Shown: positions 12,990 to 26,914 of the stretch, in pieces | Position numbering within the stretch: position 1 is the stretch's first letter | How the letters are laid out: each line of letters opens with the position of its first letter | Source of the DNA: Squalus acanthias | Taxonomy: Eukaryota | Assembly (NCBI GenBank): GCA_030390025.1 | Contig: CM059433.1 | Coordinates: 18,230,001 to 18,294,000, forward strand | Reading direction: 5' to 3' | DNA length: 64,000 bases | Program-made: the position numbers and the translations under genes | Notes under the pieces: model-generated | What the model saw: only the letters and a program-made list of their open reading frames with translations | Databases searched by the model: none | What the model was told of the DNA's origin: nothing

Positions 12990-14718
12990 AATGGACCAAA
13001 GTGGCAATCTGTGTGTAGAGCCAGAAGATGTGGATGAATATTTTGCATCTGTGTTCACTATGGAGAAGGATGATGTAGGCATAGAAATCAGGCAGGGGGA
13101 TTGTGATATACTTGAACAAATTAGTATTGAGAGGGAGGAGGTACTAGCGGTTTTAGCGGGCTTAAAAGTGGATAAATCCCCAGGCCCAGATGCGAGATGT
13201 ATCCCAGGCTGCTGTGGGAGGAGATTGCAGGGGCTCGGACACAAATTTTCAGATCCTCTCTGGCCACAGGGGAGGTGCCAGAGGACTGGAGGACAACTAA
13301 CGTAGTACCATTATTCAAGAAGGGTAGTAGGGATAAACCAGGGAATTACAGGCCAGTGAGCCTAACATCAGTGGTCGGGAAATTATTGGAAAAAATTCTG
13401 AGGGACAGAATTAGTCTCCACTTGGAGAGGCTAGGATTAATCAAGGATAGTCAGCATGGCTTTGTCAGGGGGAGATCATGTCTAACCAATTTGATTGAAT
13501 TTTTCGAGGGGGTGACTAGGTGCGTGGATGAGGATAGTGCAGTTGATGTAGTCTACATGGACTTCAGTAAGGCTTTTGACAAAGTCATGCATGGGAGACT
13601 GGTCAAGAAGGTAAGAGCCCATGGGATCCAGGGCAATTTGGCACATTGGATCCAAAATTGGCTTAGTGGCAGGAGGCAGAGGGTGATGGTCGAAGGTTGT
13701 TTTTGTGACTGGAAGCCTGTGTCCAGTGGTGTACCACAGGGATCGGTACTGGGTCCTTTGCTGTTTGTAGTGTACTAATGATTTAGATATGAATGTAGGA
13801 GGGATGATCAGTAAGTTCGCAGATGACACGAAAATTGGTGGAGTGGTAAATAGCGAGGAGGGAAGCCTCAGGCTACAGGACAATATAGACGGGTTGGTCA
13901 GATGGGCAGAACAGTGGCAAATGGAATTTAACCCTGAAAAGTGTGAGGTGATGCATTTTGGGAGGACTAACAAGGCAAGGGAATACACAATGAATGGTAG
14001 GACCCTCGGAAGGACAGAGGAACCTTGGTGTGCATGTACATAGATCCCTGAAGGCAGCAGGACAGGTAGATAAGGTGGTTAAAAAGGCATATGCGATACT
14101 TGCCTTCATTAGCTGAGGCATAGCATATAAGAGCAGGGAAGTTATGATGGAGCTGTACAAAACGCTAGTTAGGCCACAGCTGGAATACTGTGTGCAGTTC
14201 TGGTCGCCACACTATAGGAAGGATGTGATTGCATTGGAGAGGGTGCAGAGGAGATTCACCGGGATGTTACCTGGGCTGGAGCGCTTCAGCTATGAAGAGA
14301 GACTGGACAGGCTGGGGTTGTTTTCCTTAGAGCAGAGAAGGCTGAGGGGGGACCTGATTGAGGTGTACAAAATTATGAGGGGCATAGATAGGGTAGATAG
14401 AAAGGAACTTTTCCCCTTAGTAGAGGGGTCAATAACCAGGGGGCATAGTTTCAAGGTAAGGGGCAGGAGGTTTAGAGGGGATTTGAGGAAAAACTTTTTC
14501 ACCCAGAGGGTGGTTGGAATCTGGAATTCACTGCCTGAAAGGGTGGTAGAGGCAGGAACCCTCAACATTCAAGAAGCATTTAGATGAGCCCTTGAAATGC
14601 CATAGCATACAAGGCTACGGACCAAGTGCTGGAAAATGGGATTCGAATAGACAGGGCTTGATGGCCGGCGTGGACGCGATGGGCCGAAGGGCCTCTTTCT
14701 GTGCTGTATAACTCTGAC
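12990..14718 (+). mobile_element. CR1 LINE, 5'-truncated, ORF2 RT with frameshifts and intact 3' end
   Basis: [45 protein letters not shown]. Confidence 0.95.
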
Positions 14719-15295
14719 GTTCAAATATTAAACAACCTATCTACAATCCATTCTTCAGGTCGCTCTTATTGCTGCTTAATCTAGGGCATGTTTTCATCAC
14801 TGGCATCATGTACATGCCTGTGATTAAAACATGCCTCTTGTGATTAAAACATGCCTTAGGAAAGGTTGCAGCTGATGAATCCGTGTCGCTCCCTTGAGGA
14901 AAGCTATCTGAGGTGTGACCAGATTTTATGATTCAAATCCTCTGAGTCATCGCGTATAAATTATTGCTTTGAATAAAGCTGCTGTTACATGTTGAATGCT
15001 CTGAGGTTGTGCAAATAGTTTTTGTCTTAATCTGCATATTGTTCTCCTCTCCATTTATCCCTGATGGAACAACAATGCTCTTCAATTAGAGGCTGGGTTA
15101 TAAATTGCTAATATTTTATCCGTCGACTGGACCAAACTCTCTTCAGAGGCACATAATGCCCGTAAGTCGTAAGTATTTTAAATATTTACAGTTCAGTTTT
15201 TTACAGTTATACTCTTGGAGTCAACCACTAAGCCTAAAGATTTATCTTGTGCTTCTGCTCTAGAGGTCATTTGGTTATGTCAGATCTTTTTTTTT

Positions 15296-15847
15296 TATTC
15301 GTTTATGGGATCTGGGCGTCACTGGCAAGCCCAGCATTTATTGCCCATCCCTTGTTGCCCTTGAGAAGGTGGTGGTGAGCCGCCTTCTTGAACCGCTGCA
15401 GTCCGTGTGGTGATGGTACGCTCACAGTGCTGTTAGGGAGGCAGTTCCAGGATTTTGACCCAGCGACGACGAAGGATCGGCGATATACTTCTAAGTCAGG
15501 ATGGTGTGTGACTTGGAGGGGAACTTGGAGGAGGTGGTGTTCCCATGCGCCTGCTGCCCTTGTCCTTTTTAGGTGGAAGAGGTTGCGGGTTTGGGAGGTG
15601 CTGCTGAAGAAGCCTTGGTGAGTTGCTGCAGTGCATCTTGTGGATGGTACACACTGCAGCCACGGTACGCCGGTGGTGGAGGGAGTGAATGTTAAAGGTA
15701 GTGGATGGGGTGCCAATCAAGCGGGCTGCTTTGTCCTGGATGGTGTCGAGCTTCTTGAGTGTTGTTGGAGCTGCACTCATCCAGGCAAGTGGAGAGTATT
15801 CCATCACACTCCTGACTTGTGCCTTGTAGATGGTGGAAAGGCTTTGG
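15296..15847 (-). mobile_element. CR1/L2-group LINE, 'MEYSPLAW' family, 3' fragment
   Basis: MEYSPLAWMSAAPTTLKKLDTIQDKAARLIG ORF; same family at 22.5-26.4 kb, 50.3 kb, 56.6 kb and 62.7 kb. Confidence 0.85.
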
Positions 15848-16352
15848 AAACAGGACAGAAACAGGCCGATCGGCCCAACTGGTCTATGTCGCTAATGCTC
15901 CACTCGAGCCTCTGCCCACCTCTCGTCATCTCACCTATTAACAGATTCTTCTATTTTTCTCCCTCAGGTGCTTATCTAGCTTTCCCTTAAATGCATCTAT
16001 GCTATTCGCCTCAACTACTCCTTGTGGTAGCGAGTTCCACATTCTAACCGCTCCCGAATTCCCTATTGGATTTATTAATGACTATCTTATATTTATGACC
16101 TCTAGTTTTGGACTTCTCCACAAGTGGAAACATTTTCTCTACGTTTACCCTATCAAACCCTCTCATTATCTTAAAGACCTCTATCAGGTCACCCCTCCTC
16201 CTCTTTTCTAGAGAAAGGAGCCCCAGCCTGTTCAGTCTTCCCTGATAGTTGTATCCCCTCAGGTCTGGTATCATCCTTGTGAATCTTTTTTGCACCTTCA
16301 ACATTGCCTTTGTATCTTTTTTATAATATGGAGACCAGAGCTGTACACAAGT
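15848..16352 (-). mobile_element. CR1 LINE 3' fragment
   Basis: CVQLWSPYYKKD...RGDLIEVFKIM...TRGH. Confidence 0.9.
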
Positions 16353-17189
16353 GTGGTCTTCCTTTGTGTTAACTGCGCCCCTCAATTTGGCGTGGTAATA
16401 GTCTTGAACGAGTCCAGTAAGGGACCAGTAGACAGACAAATGGCGAATAATCTCACCAAGTATACGCTGTATAACCTGTCTAAACCTGTGATAATCACTT
16501 CTCATTTTTAAATATCTATAGCCTCAAGGCTGTAGTAAAGTTGGCATTAGACTAGTTTAGTAAATGCTTATCTTGGGGGTTACAGAAGTAACTTTCATGT
16601 GCAATATTGGCAGTTATACGCCTTAACCGTTGTACTATGTACTGTGGTAAAAGGTCCACATTCTGGTGTGAAATTGACACTTTATCATTGTCAATAAATG
16701 GAGTAGTTGAGCATCTAATGATGTTTAGGGCTTGCACTCGTAGTACTTTATTTGCTTCGGATGCTTGATATTTTAGCGCGAGAGCAGCAGAGATCCTGTA
16801 GGAATTGAATCTTTTTGATGCAGTACTGCATTAAATTCATTGCAGAATAGTCTGTGTACAGCTCACCGCTTCATTAAGGTCTTTTTAAGTGATCACAGCA
16901 CCACACAATGGTGGCTTGACTACTGAGGTGTCCACTGAGCTAGTTTTTTGTTTTCACCTTCTCCAAGTACTTAGATTTTTCTTTAAATTGTGCTCCAAGT
17001 GCTGTTTGAATTACACTGGCTTTGAGAGGAACAGTACTCGCTTCATTAAGTGAGAAGTGGAGTCTTCCGTGACCTGCACTGAATATTTTCTAATTATTAG
17101 ATTCGGGATATTGCTGTATCTGAAGTTGAATGTGATATTTCGTGTACCACTAAAGGTGACTTTATAACTTGCAAGTAAAGTTGCAATTT

Positions 17190-18508
17190 ACATAGGATTA
17201 CATAGGATATACAGCACAGAAACCGGCCATTTAGCCCAACCAGTCCATGCTGGTGTTTATGCTCCACTCAAACCCCCTCCCATCCTTCCTCATCTAACTC
17301 TATCAACATAACTCTCTATTCCCTTCTCCCTCATATGCTTGTCTAGCCTCCCTTTAAATCATCTATACTATTCGCTTCAACCACTCCCTGTGGTAGCGAG
17401 TTCCACATTCTCACCACTCTTTGGGTAAAGAAGTTTCTTCTGAATTCCCCATTTGATTTCTTGGTGACTATCTCATATTGATGGCATCCAGTTTTACTCT
17501 TCCCCACAAGTGGAAACACTCTCTCTGTGTCTACTCTATCAAAATCAGATACTCTCGAGTTTAGAAGAATGAGAGGTAATCTCATTGAAACATACAAGAT
17601 TCTGAGAGGTTGTTTCCCCTGGCTGGACTGTCTAGAACTAGGGGGCATAGTCTCAGGATAAGGGGTGGGCCATTTAAGACTGAGATGAGGAGGAATTTCT
17701 TTACTCAGAGGGTTGTGAATCTTTGGAATTCTCTGCCCCAGAAGGCTGTGAATGCTGAGTCTTTGCGTATATTCAAGGCTGAGATCGATAGATTTTTGGA
17801 CACTGAGGGAATCGAGGGATATGGGGATCGGGTGGGAAAGTGGAGTTGAGGTCGATGATCAGCCATGATCTTATTGAATGGTGGAGCAGGCTCGAGGGGC
17901 CGTATGGCCTGCTCCTGCTTCTATTTCTTATGTTATGTTTTCAATTCTATCCCTCGAGAAATAAACCCTAGTGCTTGGTTTGCTTTTGTTATGGCCTTAT
18001 TGACCTGCGTCGCAACTTTTAGTGGTTTGTGTATTTGAACTCCCAGTTCCCTTTGCTCCTCTACCCCATTTAGATTCTTATTTTCCAAGTAATATGTGAC
18101 CTCCTTATTTTGCTTACCAAAATGTAATAACTCACACTTATCTGTGTTGACATTCATTTTGAATCATCTGCCCATTCTGCAAGTTTATTAACGTCTTGTA
18201 ATTTGTTGCAGCCCTCCTCAGTGTTGACTATCCCTCCCTATTTGGTGTCGTCCGCAAATTTAGAAATTGTGTTTTTGATTCCAAAGTCTAAATCGTTAAT
18301 ATAAATTATGAACAACAGCGGTCCCAGCACTGATCCTTGTGGGATCCGACTTCCCACCTTCTGCCATTCTGAATGGTTACCCTTTACCCCTACTCTCTGC
18401 TTTCTGTCTTGCAGCCAGCTAGCTATCCATTCTGCTACTTGTCCACTGACTCCGCATGCTCTGACCTTATTCATTAGTCTATTATGTGGTACCTTATCAA
18501 AGGCCTTT
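17190..18508 (-). mobile_element. CR1 LINE fragments interrupted by an opposite-strand CR1
   Basis: Minus-strand [13 protein letters not shown] (18238-18474) and 3' end (17190-17545). Confidence 0.85.
17546..17935 (+). mobile_element. CR1 LINE 3' fragment nested in the minus-strand CR1
   Basis: TRGHSLRIRG...RRNFFTQRVVNLWNSLP; TTCTTATG tail. Confidence 0.9.
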
Positions 18509-18640
18509 ATTTAATCCTGAACTTGTGGAATAAATGTTGTTTTCAACAAGCTCACATATATTTGCCTCAGAATCCACAATGTGGCAGTTCCCGACTGAAG
18601 GAAGTCATCAGCGCCGCAGAGTGGGGCAGACATAAAAGGA

Positions 18641-19050
18641 GAAAGAACTTGCATTTATATAGCGCCTTTCACGACCTCAGGACGTCCCAAAGCGCTTTAC
18701 AGCCAATGAGGTACTTTTGAAGTGTAGTCACTGTTGTAACGTGGCAGCCAATTTGTGCACAGCAAGGTCCCACAAACAACAACGTGATAATGACCAGATC
18801 ATCTATTTTAGTGATGTTGGCTGAGGGATAAATATTGGCCAGGACAGTGGGGAGAACGCCCCTGCTCTTCTTCGACTAGTGTCATGGGATCTTTTATGTC
18901 CACCCGAGGGGGCAGACGGGGCCTCGATTTAATGTCTCATCCGAAAGATGGCTTCTCAGACAGTGCAGCATTCCCTTAGTACTGCACTAGAGTGTCACCT
19001 AGATTTTGTGCTCAAGTCTCTGGAGTTGGACTTGAACCGACAACCTTCTA
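18641..19050 (-). mobile_element. Deu-domain tRNA-SINE
   Basis: Reverse complement of the 26523 and 36834 SINEs, including the B box. Confidence 0.85.
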
Positions 19051-20502
19051 ACATGTGGTAATCCAGTGCACTGCAGCCGAGGAAACTGACAATGCTATTA
19101 TTTTAAAAGATTCTCATGATTGGTGGATCCCTTGTTTCTGCTGGCAGGTGTTTGAGGTGAGCACTTTTCATTAATTGTGCTTACCTCACTTATCTAAGGC
19201 TCTGTACTGGGTGGGTAGGAGGATAGCAACTGAATGATTCAGACAATCAAAAGACCAAGGGTACCAACACCCTTGCCCCACCCAGATAGATTGCACCATC
19301 ACAGAAGGCCACCACCTGCTAGATTCTAGGACTCCACCTTCAGCATACAACAGCATCTCTAGCATCCTTCCTGTGAAGCTGCTGATGCAGCTGCCTTTAA
19401 CCCATTCAATAACCTGAGTCCCAGTGCTGTTATCTCTAACTGGTTCTATCTGCTGACCGAGTCCCCTCCCATAGTCGTGACAAGCAGAAGAGGTAGGTAA
19501 AAAAGGTATTGGGGGAAAAAAATGGAAGGACATAGAGGGAGATGAAATGAAGACGGTGAGAGATCATTGAAAGTTAAGATTGAGTGAGAGAGATGGAAGT
19601 GACAGCTAAAATCATTTTCTAGGGAGTAGCCCTTCCTCTACTTCCCAATGGTTGAGCCTCTATCCTGTCTGTCACTTGACTTAATCCCGAACCCTGTTAG
19701 TAGAGGGAGCTTAGGAGTTTCAGTTCATAGACCATTCAGATAATTGGGATACTAGGCATGGGACTGTGAGGTTAAATAGGTGCAAGGGGTGTCAGGAGAG
19801 GAACCATCCAGAGTCCGTGGGTAAGTATATAGATAATTTTAGTTCAGTTTTGCTAAATGGTTTGCTAATATCTTTAATATGTTATTTTAGGTGTTGGGGT
19901 TTATGCAGAACTAAGATGTTTGCTCAAAATGAGTGGGGGGGAAAAATTGAGCCATTTGGTTGGGTTTGGGGTGTGTTGTGGTTTGCCAATTGTTGATGGC
20001 TTTCCCTACCTATTTGTGAAAGAAACTGGTTTTTGATTGGTTTGCGTTTAGTCAATGGGATATTTGAGCCAAACTAAATGGTAAACTTAACAGTGGTTGT
20101 TAATCATGTCACAATTTGTTTTGCCCTATGGATGTGAAACTCCTTTGTGAGGCATGAAACTAGGGATATCTGTTGGATTCCAGATTTTTAATTGTATAAA
20201 TCGATATATTTCACTAATTGACTGGACTTACTATTACAATTTTAGTTACCGCTGACTGATTTGTCACCTTGTCCATGCAAGTTTGCACCTTCTCCACATA
20301 AAGCTAGAGGCTAATTCATATTGGAATATAAGTGTTGAACTCTTGTTTTTTGAGACTGCGAGCCAAGATCTTTTCTTAATTTTTTTTTAAACAAATCCCA
20401 CCATGACTAATTATATTCACTGTTTTTATACAGGGGAATGAATTCTATCAAGGGATGCGCTGCACACTCATAAGAACGTGTCCTAGGTGAGATCCAAGCA
20501 GC

Positions 20503-20539
20503 ATGGATCCAGATGAGTTTCCACCTCCACCTCCTGAAG
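20503..20539 (+). CDS. Candidate first coding exon segment (exon 20434-20539) encoding MDPDEFPPPPPE
   Basis: Acceptor tgtttttatacag|G, Kozak AGCATGG, upstream in-frame TGA, donor GAAG|gtaaaa; lies in non-repetitive sequence. Confidence 0.45.
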
Positions 20540-20849
20540 GTAAAAACTGTGCCATTCTTTAAGCCACACCCCATGTGCAAAATGCTTTAATGTCATGAAA
20601 TCTGCAGTGGTAACTTTAAATGCTTCTGAGTGACCAATTACACAACCGATGATACTGGGCCTAAATGGAGGTGGTGAATTTTCACATATTTCAGGAATGC
20701 ACGAGTCTTGGGCATTTCTAGCATTTTTTAAATGCCATGGTTAGACTGCTCATCCATTGTGTGATGTTTTTATGGAGTTACTTTCATTCCTATATTAAAA
20801 GATAATTACGTGTGGGGAAGGCCATTGGGTCGATTTAAATCCATCCATC

Positions 20850-21745
20850 CAGAGAGATCATGATGTCCCTGCAAAAGGACATAGACAGGCTAAGTGAGTG
20901 GGCGGAAATTTGGCAGATGGAATATAATGTTGGAAAGTGTGAGGTTATGCACTTTGGCAGAAAAAATCAAAGAGCAAGTTATTATCTAAATGGAAAGAAA
21001 CTGCAAAGTGCTACAGTACAAAGGGATCTGGGGGTCCTGGTGCATGAAACACAGAAGGTTAGTATGCAGGTACAGCAGGTGATCAGGAAGGCCAATGGAA
21101 TCTTGGCTTTTTTGCAAGGAGGATGGAGTATAAAAGCAGGCAAGTCTTGCTTCAGCTATACAGGGTACTGGTGAGGCCACACCTGGAGTACTGCGTACAG
21201 TTTTGGTTTCCATATTTAAGAAAAGATATACTTGCTCTCGAGGCAGTTCAGAGAAGGTTCACTCAGTTGATTCCGGAGATGAGGGGGTTGACTTATGAGG
21301 AAAGGTTGAGTAGGTTGGGCCTCTACTCATTGGAATACAGAAGAATGAGAGGCGATCTTATCGAAACATATAAGATTGTGAGAGGGCTTGATAGGGTGGA
21401 TGCAGGGAGGATGTTTCCACTGATGGATGAGACTAGAACTAGGGGGCATAATCTTAGAATAAGGGGCTGCCGTTTCAAAACTGAGATGAGGAGAAACTTC
21501 TTCACTCAGAGGGTAGTAAATCTATGGAATTTGCTACCAGAGAGCTGTGGAAGCTGCGACATTAAATAAATTTAAAACGGAGATAGACAGTTTCCTAGCT
21601 GATAAGGGAATTAAGGATTATGGGGAGCGGGCAGGGAAGTGGACATGAGTCTAGGTTCGGATCAGCCATGATCCTATTGAATGGCGGAGCAGGCCCGAAG
21701 GGTCGTATGGCCTACTCCTGCTCCTACTTCTTATGTTCTTATGTC
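20850..21745 (+). mobile_element. CR1 LINE 3' portion
   Basis: LQKDIDRLSEWA..WQMEYN, LEYCVQFW, TTCTTATG tail. Confidence 0.92.
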
Positions 21746-23118
21746 CCCCTGCACTGTAACATCAAATTGTTGCTTAAATGATTCTAGAGTTATTGCCTCC
21801 TCTACTCCTATCTGGAAGTTTAGTCCACATATCTTAGTACTAGAATTTAAACTGATTGCAACTGCTTCCCTTAAACACATTGTACAAAACATTTTCTCAG
21901 CAAACCCACTGCCACCAATGACCATTCTGAACAAGAGATGGAAGAAAACAGCTAAAATTATCCCTGCAATTCCACCCATGATCACATTTCTTGGTATTTT
22001 CTATGATGTATCTACCCAATGGGAAACGTCACTTTAGTGGTAAACAGAAGACAAATCGGCTTCCCTGCGGCTCTTGTGCGTCACGGCACACAGGATATTG
22101 ATACCATGGGTTGCATTTTTAACTCCTGAGAAGATCCATAATGTATATTTCATGGTGCTATTTTTACTGCATGTAATGGGCAGAATGTAACCACTCAATG
22201 TATAAACTTGCGAGGCCGTCATCCCTTCTCCCACAAATGAGAAATTTTGTGCATTAAACAAACATGCTTCTAATGACTGCCTTTCCCACTCATAAAATAC
22301 TTCCTTTAGCCGTGGTGTGGCAATGCTGCTTTGCAAAGATGTATCTTCTGTAATGTCACTGTGTTCAAGGTCATCTTAACTATGGTATGTCCATCTTCAT
22401 TCTATCCTTATTTCCTGATTTACTCTTAGTTACTTTATAACTTTTTTTATCCCACTGGTGCAATGTACTGTGGACATGTTATATTTAACCCTGAGAAGAT
22501 CTAACATCACAAGTTATGCATTATTTAGTTGGGTTTGCTTGATGTGCTCCAGAATTAGCCACTCCTCTAGCCGAGCTGTTTCAGTACAGTTACAATACTA
22601 GCATCTGTCCGACAATGTGGAAAATTGCCCAGGTATGTCCTGTCCACAAAAAGGACAAATCCAACCCGGGCAATTACCGCCCCATCAGCCTACTCTAAAT
22701 CATCAGCAAAGTGATGGAAGGATTCATTAACAGTGCTGTCAAGTGGCACTTACTCACCAATAACCTGCTCGCTGATGCTCTGTTTGGGTTCCGTCAAGAT
22801 CACTCCGCTCCAAACCTCATTACATCCTTGGTGCAAACATGGACAAAAGAGCTGAATTCCAGAGGTGAGGTGAGAGTGACTGCCCTTAACATCAAGGCAG
22901 ATTGTGGCACCAGGGAGCCCTAGTACAACTAAAATCAATGGGGATCAGAGGAAAACTCTCCAGTGGCTGGAGTCATAACCTAGCACAGAGGAAGATGGTT
23001 GTGGTTGTTTGAGGCCAATCATCTCAGCCCCAGGACATCGCTTCAGGAGTTCCTCAGGGCAGTGTCCTAGGCTCAACCATCTTCAGCTGCTTTATCAATG
23101 ACCTTCCCTCCAATATAA

Positions 23119-24770
23119 TTACTGCGTGTCCTTGATCGGTATGTCCCTGTCAGGCAGGGAGGAAATGGCCGAGTGAGAGAACCATGGTTCACAAAAGAGG
23201 TTGAATGTCTAGTCAAGAGGAAAAAGGAAGCGTATGTAAGGATGAGAAAACAAGGTTCAGTTGGGTCGATTGAGGGGTACAAGGTAGCAAGGAATGAGCT
23301 AAAAAAAGAGCTTAGGAGAGCTAGGAGGGGGCATGAGAAGTCCTTGGCGGGTCGGATCAAGAAAAACCCCAAGGCCTTTTACTCTTATGTGAGAAATAAA
23401 AGAATGACCAGGGCGAGGGTAGGGCCGGTCAAGGACAGTAGTGGGAACTTGTGCATGGAGTCAGAAGAGATAGGAAAGGTGATGAATGAATACTTTTCGT
23501 CAGTGTTCACCGAGGAGAGGGGCCATGTTCTTGAGGATGAGAGTGTGATAAAGGTGGATAGGCTGGAGGTGGTAGATGTTCTGAGGGAAGATGTTTTAGC
23601 AATTTTGAAGAACCTGAGGGTCGATAAGTCCCCTGGGCCAGATGGGATATATCCTAGGATTCTTTGGGAGGCAAGGGAGGAGATTGCAGAGCCTCTGGCT
23701 TTGATCTTTGGGTCCTCACTGTCCACGGGAATGGTGCCAGAGGACTGGAGAGTGGCGAATGTTGTTCCTCTCTTCAAGAAAGGAAATAGGAATGACCCTG
23801 GTAATTATAGGCCGGTTAGTCTTACTTCGGTGGTTGGTAAGATAATGGAAAAGGTCCTGAGGGATAGGATTTATGACCATTTGGAAAGGGGCAACTTAAT
23901 CAGGGAAAGTCAACACGGATTCGTGAAGGGTAAGTCTTGCCTAACAAATTTGATTGAATTCTTTGAGGAGGTAACTAAGTGTGTAGATGAAGGTAGAGCA
24001 GTTGATGTCGTATACATGGATTTTAGTAAGGCGTTTGATAAGGTTCCCCATGGTCGGCTCATGAAGAAAGTAAGGAGTTGTGGGATAGAGGATAAATTTG
24101 GCCGATTGGATAAGTAACTGGCTATCTCATAGAAGGCAGAGGGTGGTGGTGGATGGCACATTTTCGGACTGGAGACCAGTTACCAGCGGTGTGCCACAGG
24201 GGTCGGTGCTGGGTCCTCTGCTGTTTGTGATTTTTATCAATGACTTGGAGGAGGGGACTGAGGTGGATCAGTAAATTTGCTGATGACACCAAGATTGGTG
24301 GAGCAGTGGATGAGGTGGAGGGCTGTTGTAGGCTGCAAAGAGACATTGATAGGATGCAGAGCTGGGCCGAAAAATGGCAGATGGAATTTAACCCTGATAA
24401 GTGCGAGGTGATTCATTTTGGTAGGGCAAATTTGAATAAGGATTACAGGGTCAACGGCAGGGTTCTGAGGAACGTGGAGGAGCAGAGGGATCTGGGGGTT
24501 CATATCCACAGATCTCTGAAGGTTGCCACTCAAGTGGATAGAGCAGTAAAGAAGGCCTATGGTGTGTTGGCGTTTATTAACAGAGGGTTTGAGTTTAAGA
24601 ACCGTGAGGTTATGCTGCAACTGTACAGGACCTTGGTGAGACCACATTTGGAATATTGTGTGCAGTTCTGGTCACCTCACTATAGGAAGGACGTGGAAGC
24701 ATTGGAAAGAGTGCAAAGGAGATTTACCAGGATGCTGCCTGGTTTGGGGGGGAGGTCTTATGAGGAAAGA
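23119..24770 (+). mobile_element. Young CR1 internal fragment lacking the 3' end
   Basis: ORFs 23173-24117 and 24240-24833; stops at ...SYEER, then the host LINE resumes. Confidence 0.92.
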
Positions 24771-25434
24771 TGTCAGAAGGGGCTGTTCACTGATGATTTC
24801 AGTGTTCGGTTCCATTCGCAATTCCTCAGATAATGAAGCAGCCTGTGCCCGCATGCAGCAAGACCTGGACAACATCCAGGCTTGGGCTGATAAGTGGCAA
24901 ATAACATAAGTGCCAGGCAATAAACATCTCCAACAAGATAGAGTCTAACCACCTCCCCTTGACATTCAATGGCATTACCATCGCCGAATCCCCCACCATC
25001 AACATCCTTGGGGTCACCATTGACCAGAAACTTAACTGGACCAGCCACATAAATACTGTGGCTGCAAGAGCAGGTCAGAGGCTGGGTATTCTGCGGCAAG
25101 TGGCTCATCTTCTGACTTCCCCAAATCCACTCCACCATCTACAAGGCACAAGTCAGGAGTGTGGTGGAATACGCTCCACTTGCCTGGATGTGCACAGCTG
25201 CAGTAACACTCAAGAAGCTTGACATCATCCAGGACAACTTGATTGGCAGCCCATCCACCATCTTAAACATCCACTTCCTCCACCACCAGCACACTGTGGC
25301 TGCAGTGTGTACTGTACAGTCGCTAAAGCTTTTTTGACTGCACTTCCCAAACCTGCGATCTCTACCACCTAGAAGGACGAGAGCAGCAGGCACATGGGAA
25401 CACCATTACCTCCAAGTTCCCCTCTAAGTCATAC

Positions 25435-26180
25435 ACATAAAGATACATAGATTTGACAGCACAGAAACAGGCCATTTGGCCCAACTTATCTGTCGGTGTT
25501 TATGCTCCACACGAGCCTCCTCCCACCCCTCTTCATCTCACCCTATCAGCATATCCTTCTATTCCTTTCTCCCTTGTGCTTATCTAGCTTTCCCTTAGAT
25601 GCGTCTGTGCTATTTGCTTCAACTATTCCTTGTGGTAGCGAGTTCCACATTCTTACCACTCTTTGGGTAAAGAAGTTTCTCCTGAATTCCCTATTGGATT
25701 TATTAGTGACTATCTTCTATTTATGACCTCTCATTTTGGACTCTCCCACAAGTGGAAATATTTTCTCTCAGTCTACCCTATCAAACCCTTTCATTATCTT
25801 AAAGGCCTCTATCACCCCTCAATCTTCTCTTTTCCAGAGAAAGGAATCCCAGCCTATTCCAGTCTTTCCTGATAAGTATATCCTCTCTCTTCTGTTATAA
25901 TCCTTGTGAATCTTTTTTGCACCTTCTCCAATGCCTCAATATCCTTTTTATAATATGGAGACCAGAACTGTGCACCGTACTCCCAAGTGTGGTCGAACCA
26001 AGGTTCTATACAAACTTAACATAAATTCTCTGCATTTCAATTCTATCCCTCTAGAAATGAACCCCAGTGCTTCATTTGCTTTTTTTTAATGGCCTTATCA
26101 ACCTGTGTTGCTGCTGCTTATGTATCCGTACCCCTAGATCCCTTTGCTCTTCTACCACATTCAGACTTCGTATCCAAGCA
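25435..26180 (-). mobile_element. CR1 LINE 3' portion nested in the MEYSPLAW LINE
   Basis: Same subfamily as 15848-16352 and 17190-18508. Confidence 0.88.
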
Positions 26181-26522
26181 TAAGCCACACCATCCTGACT
26201 TGAACATATATCGCCGTTCCTTCATCACCGCTGGGTTAAAATCCTGGAATTCCCTACCTTCACCACACAGATTGCACCGGTTGAAGAAGGCAGCTCACCA
26301 CATCTTTCTCAAAGTCGGCTTGCGATGGGCAATAAATTCTGGCCTTGCTAGTGTCGCCCGTATCTCGAGAATGAATTTTAAAAATGCCGAAAATGTTGTA
26401 TGAGTGTACATAATTAGCTGTTACAATGTAGTTGGCAAACATGCTGACTCCTGGGCAGAGATCTTCCTGTTGAGAACTGTTGAAACACAAGGTGTGGCTG
26501 ACACATTCATGCAGGGCTATGT

Positions 26523-26914
26523 GTCAGCCAGTGGCTCAGTGGGTAGCACCCTCGCCTCTGAGTCAGAAGGTTGTGGGTTCAAGTCCCACTCCAGAGACTT
26601 GAGCACAAAAATTTAGGCTGACACTCCACTCCAGTGCAGTACTGAGGGAGTGCTGCACTGTCGGAGGTGCAGTGTTTCAGATGAAATGTTAAACCAAGGC
26701 CCCGTTTGCCCCCTCGGGTAGACGTAAAAGAGTTATCCCTGGTGTCCTGGCCAATATTAATCCCTCAATCAACATCAATAACTGATTGTGGTACCTTGCT
26801 GTGTGCAAATTGGCTGCCACGTTTTCTAAGTTACAACAGTGACTACACTTCAAAAAAAAAAGTACTTCATTGGTTGTAAAGAGCTTTGGGATGTGAAATG
26901 CAAGTCTTTCTTTC
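26523..26914 (+). mobile_element. Deu-domain tRNA-SINE with intact head
   Basis: A box TGGCTCAGTGG, B box GGTTCAAGTCC, partly deleted Deu core, L2-like tail. Confidence 0.88.

Larger units (their letters stand above)
22555..26385 (+). mobile_element. CR1/L2-group LINE ('MEYSPLAW' family) split by two CR1 insertions
   Basis: Colinear pieces 22555-23118, 24771-25435 and 26180-26385 match the 62726-64000 and 50256-50921 copies. Confidence 0.85.

Noticed and set aside
14812..14856. Short tandem duplication (ACATGCCT..GTGATTAAA)
   Set aside because: Two-copy slippage product with no further structure.
26523..26600. tRNA gene (also 36834-36910)
   Set aside because: It is a SINE head continuing into the Deu body, with no terminator.
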